NCBI GenBank assembly: GCA_051362555.1
Contig: CM120641.1
Location: 1,984,001-2,048,000, forward strand
Direction of reading: 5' to 3'
Source: Lingula anatina
Lineage: Eukaryota > Animalia > Brachiopoda
DNA: 64,000 bases
A program made the position numbers and the translations under genes. The notes beneath the pieces were generated by a model. The model was not told the DNA's origin. It searched no databases and saw nothing but the letters and a program-made list of their open reading frames with translations. This document shows, in pieces, positions 26,001 through 39,900 of the stretch (position 1 is the first letter of the stretch; each line of letters opens with the position of its first letter).

Positions 26001-27237
26001 GAGATGATTGCAGTGGTTGAGATCAGTTGTCTTCTCTAAAGCAATGGCCTTGAGTTGAACTTATAATATGTGATTTTGTCTGTTCTCATGTTTCTGATAA
26101 AGGTTGAATGCATTTCTTTTATCAATAACAGCATTTGAAAGTAAGATTTGGTGGAATGGGAACTGTGCAATTTTGTTCTCAGCTTAACCATGCTCCTGCC
26201 AACTGAGGGCATTTCTCAAAATGCTTAACAAAATCCTCTAGGCCCCCTCCCCTCCCCCCCCCCCCCAAAAAAAAAAAAATAAATAAATAAATAAAATAGA
26301 AATTAAAGTGTCTGAGCAGCCCTCAAGACTTTATCAATGATTTAGTTAGAAATTAGATAATTAGTTACATAATTTTTTAAATAATTATTATAAATTAAAA
26401 GATATTTTAAATAATATGATAAGTGTAAATATTTATATAATCATATGATAATAAATAAAAAGTTTGAATATTTGCACTGATGCATCGACCCTCCCAAATG
26501 TATCTTTCATATGGAAATAAGACTTGAATAAGAGAAATTAGCAGTAGTCATGGGTGTAATTACTGGCGTACTGCAATGCCACCCCGATTGTAGACGCTCC
26601 ATATATTTAAATAATCAACGCAGGTAGACTGATGACTTCCCCTTTGTCTGTTTATTCCTCAGGTATGAGAAAAAATGTTGTATGGAAATGGGAACAAGAA
26701 ATACATGAAACAATTCTGAAAATTTGGTAAAATTGTGGCAAAAAATCGATGAGAATAAAAAGTGGAATTTATTACCTTTGGGGCCTTTGCATTACAGGTT
26801 TTTAATTTTTAGTTAAATTATGGTATTATTATGTGCAGATTTCATATGGAGTCATGAATTATTTGGACTGAAATGAGTTATGTATATATAATTTTGCAAT
26901 ATTTATTTGAATGCAATATTTTAAGTCTTTAACACATATTTTTGACTTTCAACTTGAGTGTCTTTTGTATTTTTCAAGTGTTGTTTTAAGTGAGTTGATA
27001 AGTTTTCACTTTACTTAAGAATGATGACTCTTGAGATGATTTATAGCCAGTGTGAGGGCTATTGTAGCTGCTAATGGCTTAGCAACCCACATACCTCTGG
27101 GAAGATGCAAAAATCTTGTCTGCCATTTTTACATGATGAATGTTTCTCAGTGATTTAATTGGTAACTCTTCTTGTCAGATGTGAGCTTGAAACTGGACGT
27201 TAGTGCAAGATAGTTGTGGAACATCTTTGATGTGACA

Positions 27238-27333
<96 letters not shown>

Positions 27334-27340
27334 GACAGAC
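27238..27340. repeat. Compound (CT)n(CA)n(GACA)n microsatellite
   Basis: Seen directly. Confidence 0.96.
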
Positions 27341-30300
27341 ATCTTACAAGTCCACAATAGACATGTACCCTAACATTTCGATCAAGCACCAATTTCACAT
27401 TTCATTGTGGTTGCATAATGATTTATTGCATGTACTGTTTCTCATAACCTCCCCTTAATGGCTTAGTCACAATCCTCCTGATTAGGTAGGTCCAGGGGAT
27501 TGTTCTACCTGGCGTAACAGCGCCATTGTCCCTCATGGTGGTGCCATGTGCTCAGGTAGGCAGAGCGCAAACCAAGATGGGAATTAAAGACGTATAAATC
27601 ACTGACAAATTGGTTGAGGTAGGTTTGCCAAGCATGAGGCGTGACAGTCACAGTTGGTTTTACTCTAGTCAAGACGTGTCGCTCATGGTGGGAAGTCTGT
27701 AGCTGTTACACAGTGGGGAGCAGTGAAATATATCTGTGACAGTTACAAATATTCTATTTGACAAGCAGTTAATAGCTGAATTGAAAAAAAGCAAAGGATG
27801 ACCAGCGAGAGTGACACTCGTGGATTTCTTAGATGGTGGAAGAATGTTTATCAAATTAGGAGTGCTACAATGGATAATTTCACTGGGATCAATTTTCAGT
27901 GAAAGGAATTGAGCCCTGGTATTAATATATTGAATTTTAATACTTATTGAGCAGATGAGGATCTTTGTTGATATTAGAGAAGTCAATGTGTATTTTCTGT
28001 ATTTAGAGGAAGAAACCGCTGATTTGGAGCACTAATAATATTGGGATTTAGCAATGACAGGAAGAGAGAGGTAAAAAAAGGAAAGAAAAAATCTTGGAGT
28101 TGCTATTTGAATGTTTACTATCAAAACAGGCATAGACGTACCACTACATTATGTAGATAAGATGATCAGACTTATGGTTTGAACAAAAGCAGAATAAGTA
28201 AAAAAGTTGCTGTCTTTTTTTTCTCTGTGATGCTTGGAACTTACAGGAAACTTTTGCTGACATGTTGAATAACTGAAAGTGCCGAAAGAAAAATAAGACT
28301 TGATATTTTGTTGAAAAGTTTGAGAAAATCATGACAAGAACTTTGTATCAGAGGTTGAGTTTACATTAAACATTTGCTGAGCGATAAGCCATAAAAACTA
28401 GCCAGATTTTTTCATTTCTTTTAAAACCAGACAAAAAGGAACAAGGAAAAAAACACTACAAATGGAACAATTTCACTGCTATTGATTGCAACTTAAATGC
28501 AGGATGTAAAAGCAAAGTTTTTTTATTGCTTATTTAAAACAAATTAAAGCAGTGACGTAATTTTGGAGTTTCTCAGTGCCCAGCTGTTGTAGAAGTCACA
28601 CTGCCAGACAGGCACTAGAAGATGTCAACATGTCAATTGTTTGACAACCCCTCATACTTATGTGATGGCCTCTGCCCTGGCTGTGTTTACATATGATTAT
28701 ATACAACACACTTTGCTGTTTGCTCTGAGCGAGAATTTTACTTTTTCCCAAAGACCTTGGACTGCTGTTACAGTTTAGTCCAGGATAAAATAAACTCTTT
28801 TAGAATAGAAGGAGCTGCTGGGTATGTGGATATTTCTTTGATGGATCCTGTTGTGTCATATTCCTGCTAGAAAGACATTGCAGTTGACAGAGAGTCAAGT
28901 TGTGACATGTCACCAGGACACTGCATCCATTTGGCACATTAATGACATTGTTGTCAACAGGTTTGACAAGGAAAAAGAAGCAGCAACCTGAAGAGCAACA
29001 TTTAACTTTCCACACCAACACAAACTGTTGACAGAGATAGAAAGATAACTCCTTAGTTTGTTTATTTGTTTTATACGGGGACAGCAGTGAGGAGTTGGAA
29101 TGAGAACCTCACCATCTGGGTGATAAGTTAATCTTTTCTGTTTGGATATATTTATTATAAACCTCTAAAGCTCATGTTCTATCTTCTGTAGGACTATACG
29201 ACAAGTGAATGAATGTTCACAGTAGTTTTGACTGACCTTATTGAAAAGGATCACGTTTTGCCCGATTGCATGTTGTAGAGACCTCGTAGAGAAGAATACT
29301 CCCGTTGTGCATGGTTGCATGAGTGTGTCCTCGTTTTTAAAGGACTGCCGCTGGGGCGGAACAGGCACAATTGGCCCAACAGGTGTGCTGCCATGATGAC
29401 TTGTTAAATTCTGGAGTTCACTCATATGATTTAACACACGGAAGGGAAGATGACGTCCTAGCACATAGTGTTATCTGGTGGGATGGAGGTTGTTTAAACA
29501 GCACCAGCATTTGATTAGATACTAATTGAGGAAGAATATTGTGTTATATTGGGAGCCTTCAGTAACAGAGAAATATTTACAATTTTAGCTGATAAAAAAA
29601 TCTGCATTGAAGAGGCACATGATTTTGGCAGTGCACCTGTTAACTTCCGTAAATGTGATAAATACAAGGTGGACAAGAAACTTGTTACCTCTTGGAGTTT
29701 GCTATTTGTTTTGTGCTGTTTGGTATCTCTGCTGACATCATCACTGACGTCTTCGTCTGACTTTAAGTCAGGGCTTCGCCACAACATCACTTAACAGGTT
29801 TAAACACCTTGCATACTGTTGCTTCTTGCAGGCATAGGAGATATTTGCCATCATTGAGCATTGGAGAGCTACTTAATAATATGTCTGTGTGTCCTTATGC
29901 TTATAAATCCTGCTCTGTGGAGGATTTATGGTATTTTATCAAGCAAAGTGGATTTTGAATTTACCCATTAGTACAGGGCATCAGGTCGGTTATTCATTTC
30001 TGAAGAATAATCTGATCAATGGGGATTTTGCCTGACTTTATGATATATTGTTTTTTCCTTGGTGAAGAAATAATGACATCTAAATAAACAGGAAAATGAT
30101 GGCGGCCATTCTTGAGTGAGGTGACAGGGAGACATTAATCGTCTTTAGGATAAGAGCCGCGTGTATACTGCAGACGCCATATTAAGGAAAGAGACTGGAC
30201 TCGCACTTGCAGCACTATATTGATTAATTGCCGGGTTGATCTTGCCATTTTGACCATTAGACCCCCATCATTGTCTACTACAGCTGATGTGAAGGCAGAA

Positions 30301-31232
30301 GAAAAAAAAAAACTCAGAACATCTTTTATAGCACATTTAATTGCTCTGAATTCTACTCATGTATGCCGTTTTCGTGAGCTTCAAAGCAATTAATGCTTGT
30401 CAAAGGAAGTCGGGGAAGAAATCATTGTTTTCATCTTGTCTAATCGCTGCGTGCCTCTGATAGAAGACAATGGAGGACGGGCATTAATTGGCGGTGGCAG
30501 CGGTGGCTCAAGGCTGGTGCTGTGCTTGAGTGTGTTTGCAGGAAAGTAGAAAGTAAATTGAAATTGATGCTTTTGAACTTTATAAGGCAGACACAAGTCA
30601 GTCTCTACTGAATTGTCAACTTAAACTGCACATCTTTTGTGACAAAGATTAAGGAATACATACCCTGCTCCAAGAGGGACATGTAGACTACATATATGTA
30701 TATATATCTTCAGGCTATCAAGGATTCTCTCCTACAACACAGGAATACCTGTTAACAAACAAGATCTGATTCGTATGTAATAGAGTTTGAGAGACTGACG
30801 TGGGTTTTTTATTCATGCAGTGAATAAGGCGTGCAGAGCACGTTTGTTCATGCTACGTTGGAATGACAGCGGTATTGTGCCTTACATTTCTGTTTGAAAA
30901 GAAGACACCAAGGACTTTGTAGGGCTGTTAGTTTCTATAGCATTCTTCATGTGTTAAAGTATTCCATCTAGAAGCGTGCTGGTCGGGTTTACACAGAAGA
31001 TGCTGTATATGTTGAGGAGATTTACATGCCATCTTTCCACTGTAGTTTATGGACAATAAACATGAGATTAGGCAATTAACACGCGACTACTTGGATCAAA
31101 ATTTCAATTTGTAAAAAGAGACAGATATGCATAGATTTCAACTTAATGGGGCTTTCTGATACATAACATGTCTAAGGAATATGCATAAGACTTGCCAATA
31201 TTGGGGAAAAGTACTACTGTAATGCAGTCTTC

Positions 31233-31492
31233 ATGGACTGCACGGCTATAAAGCGGTACCTTCAATACGTGTACGGATACGCCATGACAGACGCCCCGTG
31301 TATCTGTCACATCTTGGAGGCTGCTGGGATTAAACCTGGGCATGTTAAGTGTGAAACTAAGCAAAAGACACAGGGTGTGGGGACTGCGCTGCCGTCCCCA
31401 GGGAAGGAGTATTTAGATCGTAATTATTGGTTGTTTCATGCATTTGAGGATGAGGAGTTGGAAGATGAGGAGGACAGGGGTGGAGGAGTCAG
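31233..31492 (+). CDS. Candidate alternative first coding exon MDCTAIKRYLQYVYG...EDEELEDEEDRGGGV(S)
   Basis: 86-codon CpG-containing ORF ending CAG|gtaaga in phase 2. AG+T gives Ser on exon 36687. Confidence 0.55.
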
Positions 31493-32072
31493 GTAAGAAA
31501 TGGGGTATGGTTTGGCAGGTGAATTGATGTATTAAGAAAAAGTTTTCAGTGGGAGAAATGTGGTATGATATGGGGGCATGACAGTTTTTGGATATGATGG
31601 TGTTTTGTTGTGAAACTTGTAAAATGTTTTTCTAATAGATTTTACATAAATAGTTACCCCAGTAGCAGGTGGATCAAGGGACCCCTCCCCCATTGACACA
31701 AAGTGAAACATAGTCATTTGGGGATTTGTCCTTCTTCAATAATTCTGCATGGTTATAGAAAAGGTCAAGTGGAAAAGAAATATCAGAGTGAATTATAAGC
31801 CTAGACATGTATACATTTGTTGCATTTAAAGACATCCCTTAACCCCAAGCAACTTTAGACTTTGCGGCTACGTTCAGCATGGTTTTAACTTAAACTGATT
31901 GTAGACTTACTCCAGGACAATTTAATGGAAAGGCTGTGACATGGTCAAGCTTATCAGTCTATGGATATGGACCTAATGAGCTGATCTAACTTACTGCACA
32001 GTTTATGTACTGGATGGAAAGAAAATTACTTGAATTCTTCTTAGAGTCAGTTTTAAAACAATTTTGATTAAA

Positions 32073-32254
32073 ATGGTGGTAGATGCGGCCAGGGCCTTGT
32101 TTCTAGGCGTGTACTTGGTACGAACAATTTACCACTTGTTACAGAAGCAAAGTTCAGAGTCGCAGGGATTGCCAGCGAGCCATTGGTATCAACAGTTTAT
32201 ATGCTTCGAATACTTCTGCTGCGACTTGGCTCTCTTTCAGAGACATAGGCAACA
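32073..32254 (+). CDS. Candidate alternative first coding exon MVVDAARALFLGVYLVRTIYHLL...FQRHRQ(H)
   Basis: aaaATGG start, 60 codons, CpG-rich relative to flanks, CA|gtatgt donor in phase 2. Confidence 0.42.
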
Positions 32255-32920
32255 GTATGTTATGAGTATAAATTGGCTTGGTGTTAGTTTAGGACACTTA
32301 ATGTGAATGTTATTGCCTTATTGATTTCTGTTTTATAAAAAAGTGTTATCTTTATTATTATGCTTGTTCCTGGAGCAAATGAGGGATGTTTTTTTCAAAG
32401 ATGAATAAGATTTTATAATAAAATATAAAAAAATTCTAACTGGAAAAAAAAATACAGAAGAAAAATAACTTAACGAAGAGTGTATGTTTTCTCTATAACT
32501 TTGCTATCCTAAAAGCTGCAGGGTTTCACGAATGAAGGGGAAAAAAGCAGAAAAGTCCTGAAATTTAGCTCCAAATGAAGAGTTTAAATTCCAACATGAT
32601 TTTTGTATGTATTTTTGCACTCAAAGCACAAAACATCAGCAGGCTTTCCAGCTTTTTAATGTGACTTAAAAAAAGCTATAAAAGAAATCCCATACCATCA
32701 TTTCAATTGGCACCAGGCACCTGGGGCTCTCCAAACTGATCCACCCTGGTTTATTTACCTGTGGTGAATTTTTTGCTACCTGTTTTACAGGTGATTAAAA
32801 GATATCCAGGTCTCTTGGGATTATCCTTATTGTATGGTACTTGACTAACCTAATAACTGGGGAGATTTTGTTTGCAACCATTTTTGACTCGGATTAGTGT
32901 ATTTTTCTGCATAGCTAGTA

Positions 32921-32950
32921 AAAGAAAGAAAAAGAAGAAGAAGTAGTAGA

Positions 32951-32986
<36 letters not shown>
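32921..32986. repeat. (AAG)n/(AG)n purine microsatellite
   Basis: Seen directly. Confidence 0.9.
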
Positions 32987-35900
32987 TGTATATTTGTTAT
33001 GGCTCTACAGTTATCTTATTAGCTAAGAATATACACAGATAACCACGTTTTATTTTATTGCAAATTCTCATTGTATAAAACCCTTGCTGTTCCTTAGATC
33101 ATAATATTATCCTGTAGAAGTTTGCCAAAAACAGTGTTTAACTGCCCTAGTCACTTATGGTGATATTGTATGTCCATGCTATCCAGGGTGGTCTAGTACA
33201 GGTGGTAATTTGGCAGGTGTGGGATGTTACATATATCTGTAGTAGGCAGTGTCAATAGCAGTAGCAAACTAACAGGAATTTTTATCTGGATGAGTTTCAA
33301 ATTATGTTTAGAAGGTAACATTGTTCTATTCTGGTTTTCGATGATGGACAATATGTTATAAATATATTTTTCACATATTTGGATCTTTACATTTTGGTCT
33401 TCTCCATCCCCATTACCCTGTGCTGCGCCCCTTCCCCCCACTAAAATCCTAACTGGTAATTTGCTTTGCTTGTCTGTATCTATATCTCATTTGTACTGCA
33501 CATGACAGAAACATAGAAATAAAGACAATCTGATTATCTTTCAACAATTCCGCCCACATCTATCTAAGATATAATGTTGCCATGAGATGTGTCTGTCAAA
33601 TAGCTCAAATTGTACCTAATGTAGCGTGTAAAACCTCCATGTGAATACTGCCTCTTCACTTGGTTGGTTTGGTGGGTCTAATCAGTAGTACACCTACGTA
33701 TCACATTACCTCTCATGACACTCCACAACACTCAGTGAATGTCTGCTTTATCTGTAACATCTATTGGGTACGTTTGATTTTATTTTATTACTAGATTTAA
33801 CCCTCTTCTTGAAATTACTCTCATTGTTTCATCCATAAATTTTTTTTTGTTGATTACAGAATTACCCAATCCCATTCTCATCTCCTTTGATTAAAATAAT
33901 GGGTCTTTTTTCATCATGTTTTGTCGGAGTTTGTTAAAAAGATTGACAGCTCTGTGAGCTTTCTTCTTATTGGATGATTCCGCCTTCAGTTAAGGTGAGC
34001 AGTTAGCATCATACACAATTATTGTCGGCTTATACCAGTACGGGCTCACAAATATGGATTTTGTGGAATTTTTTTTTTCGTTAGCAATAAATGGAATAGA
34101 TGTTATTATGAGTTAAGATCTGCTCATTATATCTGTGTGCAATTAAGTATAGTTTTTCAATATGCAGGTGCTCTTTGTCTCTATTATTATCAATCTGTTT
34201 GAGTAATTGTTGTGATGAGTCATCATGGACTTAAGGCTGCGTTCAGTTTGTTCTAAATGAAATGGTTTTCAAAATTCCTGAATATATTCTATGTTGTGTA
34301 CTTTCTTTCTTCTCCCTGCTCATGGCAAATTTTGCTGATTGCTTGATGTTATGTTTACATGGTATGGAGTGATAGCAGTGAGGCCTTTAATTTCTGAAGT
34401 TACGCTCAAAACGTTTTTGGTTGAAACTGTCCTGAACCTGATGGTTTGGTGATGATAGTAGTAGGACATCTGCTGAGGCAATTCAATTACTTCATAGCCG
34501 TTTTATGTCCTATGCTCCACTACAGGATATGTGTCATACCTGTCATTAAAAAAGTTGCTTTGTCAATACAAAACATTATAGATAACTATGACCTGTTATT
34601 TGAAAATATTGTCTCTTTTTATCCTGAATATGTATTTGTGCACGGTTGTAATTGCATTTCACACTCAATGTGATGGTTAATGTGTTGATCAGTGTTAGTT
34701 TTTACCTGAAGAATTATCATTTATTAGTTTTCAAGATAATCATGAAGTTATCCCAGATGCGGTTTACAGCCACATTTTGATAATAAAACAGTATATTTAA
34801 TTTTTAAAATAAGGGTCAGTTTTGAGAGAAAAGGTTACTTTATCACCTGCGAGCTCATAATGTTTACTGAATGATTTATTATTCACATAAATATGTTGTA
34901 TTATAGTTATTTCTTAAAAATGATAAGTAAGGTCACATCAATATGATCAATATTATTGATGAGGGTAAGGATCTTACTCTTACCTACTGGTATTCGGCTG
35001 TTATTTATTTATTTAATGATCAAGTCATGCAGGTGGTTGATGAATTTCGTGCACGGTATTCCCGTCACGTCACGGCAGTTATTGATATGGTGTGTCTCAC
35101 CTGTGGGTGTCTTTCCTGGCATGTCATTCTCAGTAACCTCTGCGTGTAATGTCACAGAACAGATGGAGTAATGATCTCACTGTAGCAGTTTGGTAGTATG
35201 GTGGTGTGAATCTGGACGAAGTTTTGAGGATTTTAGTATTTGGGAAAAATGTTACCTGGAATGAAAAATTGGTAGGTGATGTGTATTGTTTGTATTGATT
35301 CTTATTCTGACACTCTCCTTGTCTCTTTCTTTCTTCGTCTGGGATAGTCACAGCATAGATATCATAGGTATATTGTCACAGGGTATATAGTATAATGATG
35401 TTCACAAACCTCTTCATGTACAGTGATGTCTATGCTTCCTACATTGTTCTGCTTCTGGTGTAAGAATTAAATGCGAGATTTAAGAGAGCCACCTCTAAAA
35501 TTGCTGCCTGGAATGAAATGAATGATGGGTTAGATATTATTTTCAAAACTGTGTCATCTTTGTAAACAGTTCATTTGAAGTCAAAGAAAGCTGTTGAGAT
35601 AATGACACATGTATGTCCCTGTATGTAGCAATATAAATTGTTGAGCCAAAATGTTCATTAGCTTGGTAGTTGGATACTTTATGAAAACTTTATCAAACGT
35701 ATATAAGTATTTCGGTTAGTGTTTGATAATTTTCATTTAGTAATTATCATGTTGTTGTTTACTATGGTTTTTTTATATTAAGATTATTTTGTCTGTTTAA
35801 GGTATAGAGGTATGGATTGCATATCATTTGAAATTAAGGGATAATTTTGGATGTGTGCACCATATTTTTCAATTCATATTTACTGATAGCATATGCAGAA

Positions 35901-36175
35901 ATATTTTTGTACATAGAAAAGGACATGATTGCCCCAAGACCTTTGACAAGAATGATCAGATCATAATGTCCAAATAATAATATAAGGGAAAGTTGCTATG
36001 TGAATGGTCAAAGGTAAAGAACAGAATAAAGGGATTATCTCGGTTATTTGTTTGTTTGCGTGCGAACTGTGTAGGCTTATTGACGTACCTGAAGGTTATA
36101 TGAGGGTATTTCTTTCGGATTGTAATAGTTACATGTGATGACAAATTTGATGTTTTTCATTTGTTTGGCATTGCA

Positions 36176-36212
36176 GTGTGTGGGTGTATGTGTGTGTGTG
36201 TGTTTGTGTGCA

Positions 36213-36259
<47 letters not shown>
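36176..36259. repeat. (TG)n microsatellite
   Basis: Seen directly. Confidence 0.95.
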
Positions 36260-36260
<1 letters not shown>

Positions 36261-36686
36261 TTTTCTGTATATTTGAATGAGGAGAGAAAAAGAGCATACT
36301 CTTTCATCCTCACTTTTAAAAATAAATACCAATTATCTTCTGAACAACAAACAACATAGCATTGAATGCTATAAACTGTCTCCAACATTTATTGTATTTT
36401 ATATCGTCACCACAGCTGGTGATATGTACTTAATAGCATCCTTTATAGTGTCTAGTATTTTAGCTGGGGGGCAAATGCGACCTAATATTCATCCCCACAT
36501 CTAGGTGTCATAAGAATACATAAAACCCTGTTGCACAAGAAGAAAAACAATGAAGAGAAGTTTTGGGGGGATCGAAGAAGTTTTCCCTATATAAACATTA
36601 CTACCACTATTGTTTTTCATAGCTTTTTTATTTCATTTTATTCAAATGAAGGTTTGATGTAAATGAAATTTTTATTTATTTTTTAG

Positions 36687-36762
36687 TTTTGGCAAGCGGA
36701 CGGCAGGATGTGCCCGTCGTCCCAACGAGTGCCTCATTCTGGAGCCGTCGGAAATGATTGTG
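36687..36762 (+). CDS. RAPGEF2: PDZ-GEF (RAPGEF2/6) exon: C-terminal part of first cNMP-like domain, (S)FGKRTAGCARRPNECLILEPSEMIV
   Basis: tttttag| acceptor, GTG|gtaagt donor, phase 2 to 0. The peptide resembles recalled vertebrate RAPGEF6 SFGKQFGGKRGCDCLVLEPSEMIV. Not in the ORF track in this frame. Confidence 0.92.
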
Positions 36763-36792
36763 GTAAGTTTATAAGTGTGGATTGTATATCAG

Positions 36793-36985
36793 CTAACACA
36801 GTGTTATATATAACACAGTGTCACATCTTACACATTGGTACACCTAACATAATGATATATGTAACACAGTGTCATATCTTACACATTGGTACACCTAACG
36901 CAGTGTTATATGTAACACAGTGTCACATCTTACACATTGGTTCACCTAACACAATGTCACCTACCAACAACCTAACACTGTCACA
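36793..36985. repeat. 51-bp (3x17) minisatellite, ~3.5 copies
   Basis: TAACACAGTGTCA at 36811, 36862 and 36913. Confidence 0.92.
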
Positions 36986-39900
36986 TCAAACATGATAGTA
37001 TCCTAGCTGTCACCTTTCCAAGCCTATCACTTCCCCACATATCATATTATCAAATATTCATTTCAAATACAGAGAGAATTTAAAATTTTATATTTAAGAA
37101 AGAAATATTGTGTCCATGTCTCAGAAAACCAATGTAGTGTCTGGCAGAGTTTTAAGGCCAAGTTTGCAGAAGGCATTTACAATGATTCATTTAATCAGTG
37201 AGACATGTGCCCTCATTTCTAATTTACCACCTTAGTGGAGGAAAATAGACACAACATCTGCTTGCTTAGCAACTACTACACATTTGGTTGGAAATGTCAT
37301 GAATTATTACTGAGCTGGTAATAAAATGAGAGGTGTTTGACACTGGGACACCATTACTTAAAGGAAGAGATGTATTATTTTTGGATAACTCATTGTCAGA
37401 GAGGTGGATTCTGTAGAAGGATAATTTATACATATGTTCACTTTATTCATTATTCAAGGTGGGATGCATTTCTGAAAGGAAAGTCAGGGCAACACTTATC
37501 TTTATTTGTTTGATTCATTACTTTTAATCTTGAGTATGCATTGATCTTGTTGCAATGAAACAATTTGTGTGGCTTTTTTTTCTGCTTCACAGGTTTTTTC
37601 CCTTTGGTAATTTTTTTCATTTGTATTATCCAGTCAAGTTTGAGGGAATAGAAATCAAGCGTAATGGCTTCTATGTTTTCATCCATTCAGAGAACAATAA
37701 GAGATTTAATAACCTAGTTTTATTTGGAGACAATGATTTAGAATGGTCAGCCATTTAAATATTACATCTGTATAAAAAGCACATTTTCTCCAAATTTAAG
37801 CGAAATTGCCATATTAATTACAGGATTGGAATTAATTTTTTCTGTGCTTGACTAAAAATAAAAAATTGGTTTAGTCATATTTATATTGACAAATATTTTC
37901 TTATTGCTCATTCACTCTTCATTGTAGCTTTTCCCCAGATTTATCTAGATGGATTCTCACAGGAAGATCAGCATGTCGATCTGTAATGTAGTCATTGTTA
38001 TATTATACAATTTTCTACTCATGCGAACATCCTATATATCAACATATTGATAGTAAGTAAGAGATGTTTTCCAAACTCCTACTCTCCTAGCATTGAAATT
38101 CTCTACTTTTTGTTAAAGAAGTACTGGTCCAGGATAATTTGATATCACTAGTATTATAGACTGAAGATTTGGTCCTTTCTTCTCAAACATGCCTGACATC
38201 CACATCAATTTGCTGCCTGACCTGGTCTCTGTAGAAGAAGAAAGGGAAGGGTTGTGGTCCCCCCACCTTCTAACCTTTGGCTGTGTCAAGCACCATCTTA
38301 ACTTAGATGGGTTGTAGATTATCCCCCCCCCCCAAAAAAAAAAAAAAAAAAAAAATGTTTGATCTAAGATAAACCATTGTCTTTATGTATGTGATGAATT
38401 TCTTGAGTTAAGTTCCCTCAAGTCCACCAGACATTACTCAGTGGGTTAGTTGAGGCAAAATGATGCCATCATTGATGAATCAATTGTAATCATGTGGTCT
38501 TCTTCCTGAAGTCTTATACCTTTTTGGTTCAAACTGTACAGAGCGCAGCCTGTTTCATCTTGTGGACCTCATACTGCCTGCTTGGTACAGAAGAGAGATT
38601 GCCTTGGGATGGTGGGTCTGTTTTCATCTGGTATGTGTGAAAAGTAAAATAACCCATCCATGAAATTAATATAGTAATACTGAAGTAGCTGTTGAGTCCA
38701 CCCATTACTTTGATTTACCCCAGAAAAATATCTAAAAGGGGAGAGGTTGTTGACAGAAAACTGTCAAAGGTCAAGGATTAAATCATTCTTATATCATTGG
38801 CTGACAGTTTTGTCCAGAGTGTAAGAGTTCTGCAGAAAAGAAAAATGAAAAGAAAAGAGTAACATGGTTCCAGGAAAGAGAAGTTAAAAATGGGTTGTAG
38901 GCCATTCACCTTAATGTTTTATTTGCTGATGTCTCAAATCATCTACACGTGTGAGTACCGTCTGTCATGCACCTTTCCTTTTCCTTGGTTTACTTGAAAA
39001 AATGGTCATGTGGAAATAATTGCTATTCTGTCTATGGCACAACAGGTATTTAACCTGAATTTGCGAAATTTAAGAAGATATCATCGACCTTGAATAGTAG
39101 CTTTTTTTATGCAGCTGACTCCACAAGAAAGAAGAGGAGCAGCAGTTATGCGATTATTTGTGTTTCTTCAAACTTGCATGTAACATTGTGGAATGCGATT
39201 TGACAGAAGGATCTTGGCAAGTACCACATTGTTGTGTGGGTATACAAGTAGGAGGCTTATATTTTATGGTTGTGGGGCGTTTTGCTCCAGTGATTTTACT
39301 TTAGCCAAAAGGCGGCGCTTGTTGAAGGGGTTTAGACAAGACAAGCTCATATCTAGGTTTAAGTCATTTTAGGCATATTATCACTGGTAAATGATAACTG
39401 TTATATAAATTGATGGAAGTGATGATACAAGCATAAAGGTCTAAGGCCTAGGTAATTTTTTGAATTATATCAAAGACATAATTTTATTTTGAAAATTTCT
39501 ATTTATAGCATAGATCAGCTAAGACACAATTAATAAAGGTTCTCTTTTGATCTGATATAGTTATGATCATTTCCTGTTTTTTACAACAATAAAATCACTC
39601 ATCTGTGCTGTAGAAAAATGCTCGTCTGAAGAAAAAAACATGAGGGTCAATACATGGCTTTTTTAAAAATCTTGATGAAGACTGTTTCAAAGTCCTTGCC
39701 AAAGAAAGATTGAGAAATTATTAATGATTATCGATCTTCATTGGAAAAGACCCTTGTTAGCTTACTTTAATTGACTCAATTAGGGGCTATAGATCTGTAG
39801 AGGGAGAAAGCTGTAAAAGTCTGGAGCATTTGGTCAAATCTGATTTCAGGCCACTTCAGACTTTTCTTAAAGAGTTTCCGATTAGTCTCTCAGTAGATGA

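Noticed and set aside
26170-26620. MITE-like fragments (also ~7040-7120, ~31660-31695, ~36410-36500, ~45710-45830)
   Set aside because: They look like decayed interspersed repeats, but I could not define termini or TSDs.
1-36686. Upstream PDZ-GEF exons (WYILLSGSVFI...MFLP) or a nested minus-strand gene
   Set aside because: I found no such peptide and no coherent minus-strand exon chain by eye. The exons are probably 5' of the window, but a tblastn search is needed to be sure.
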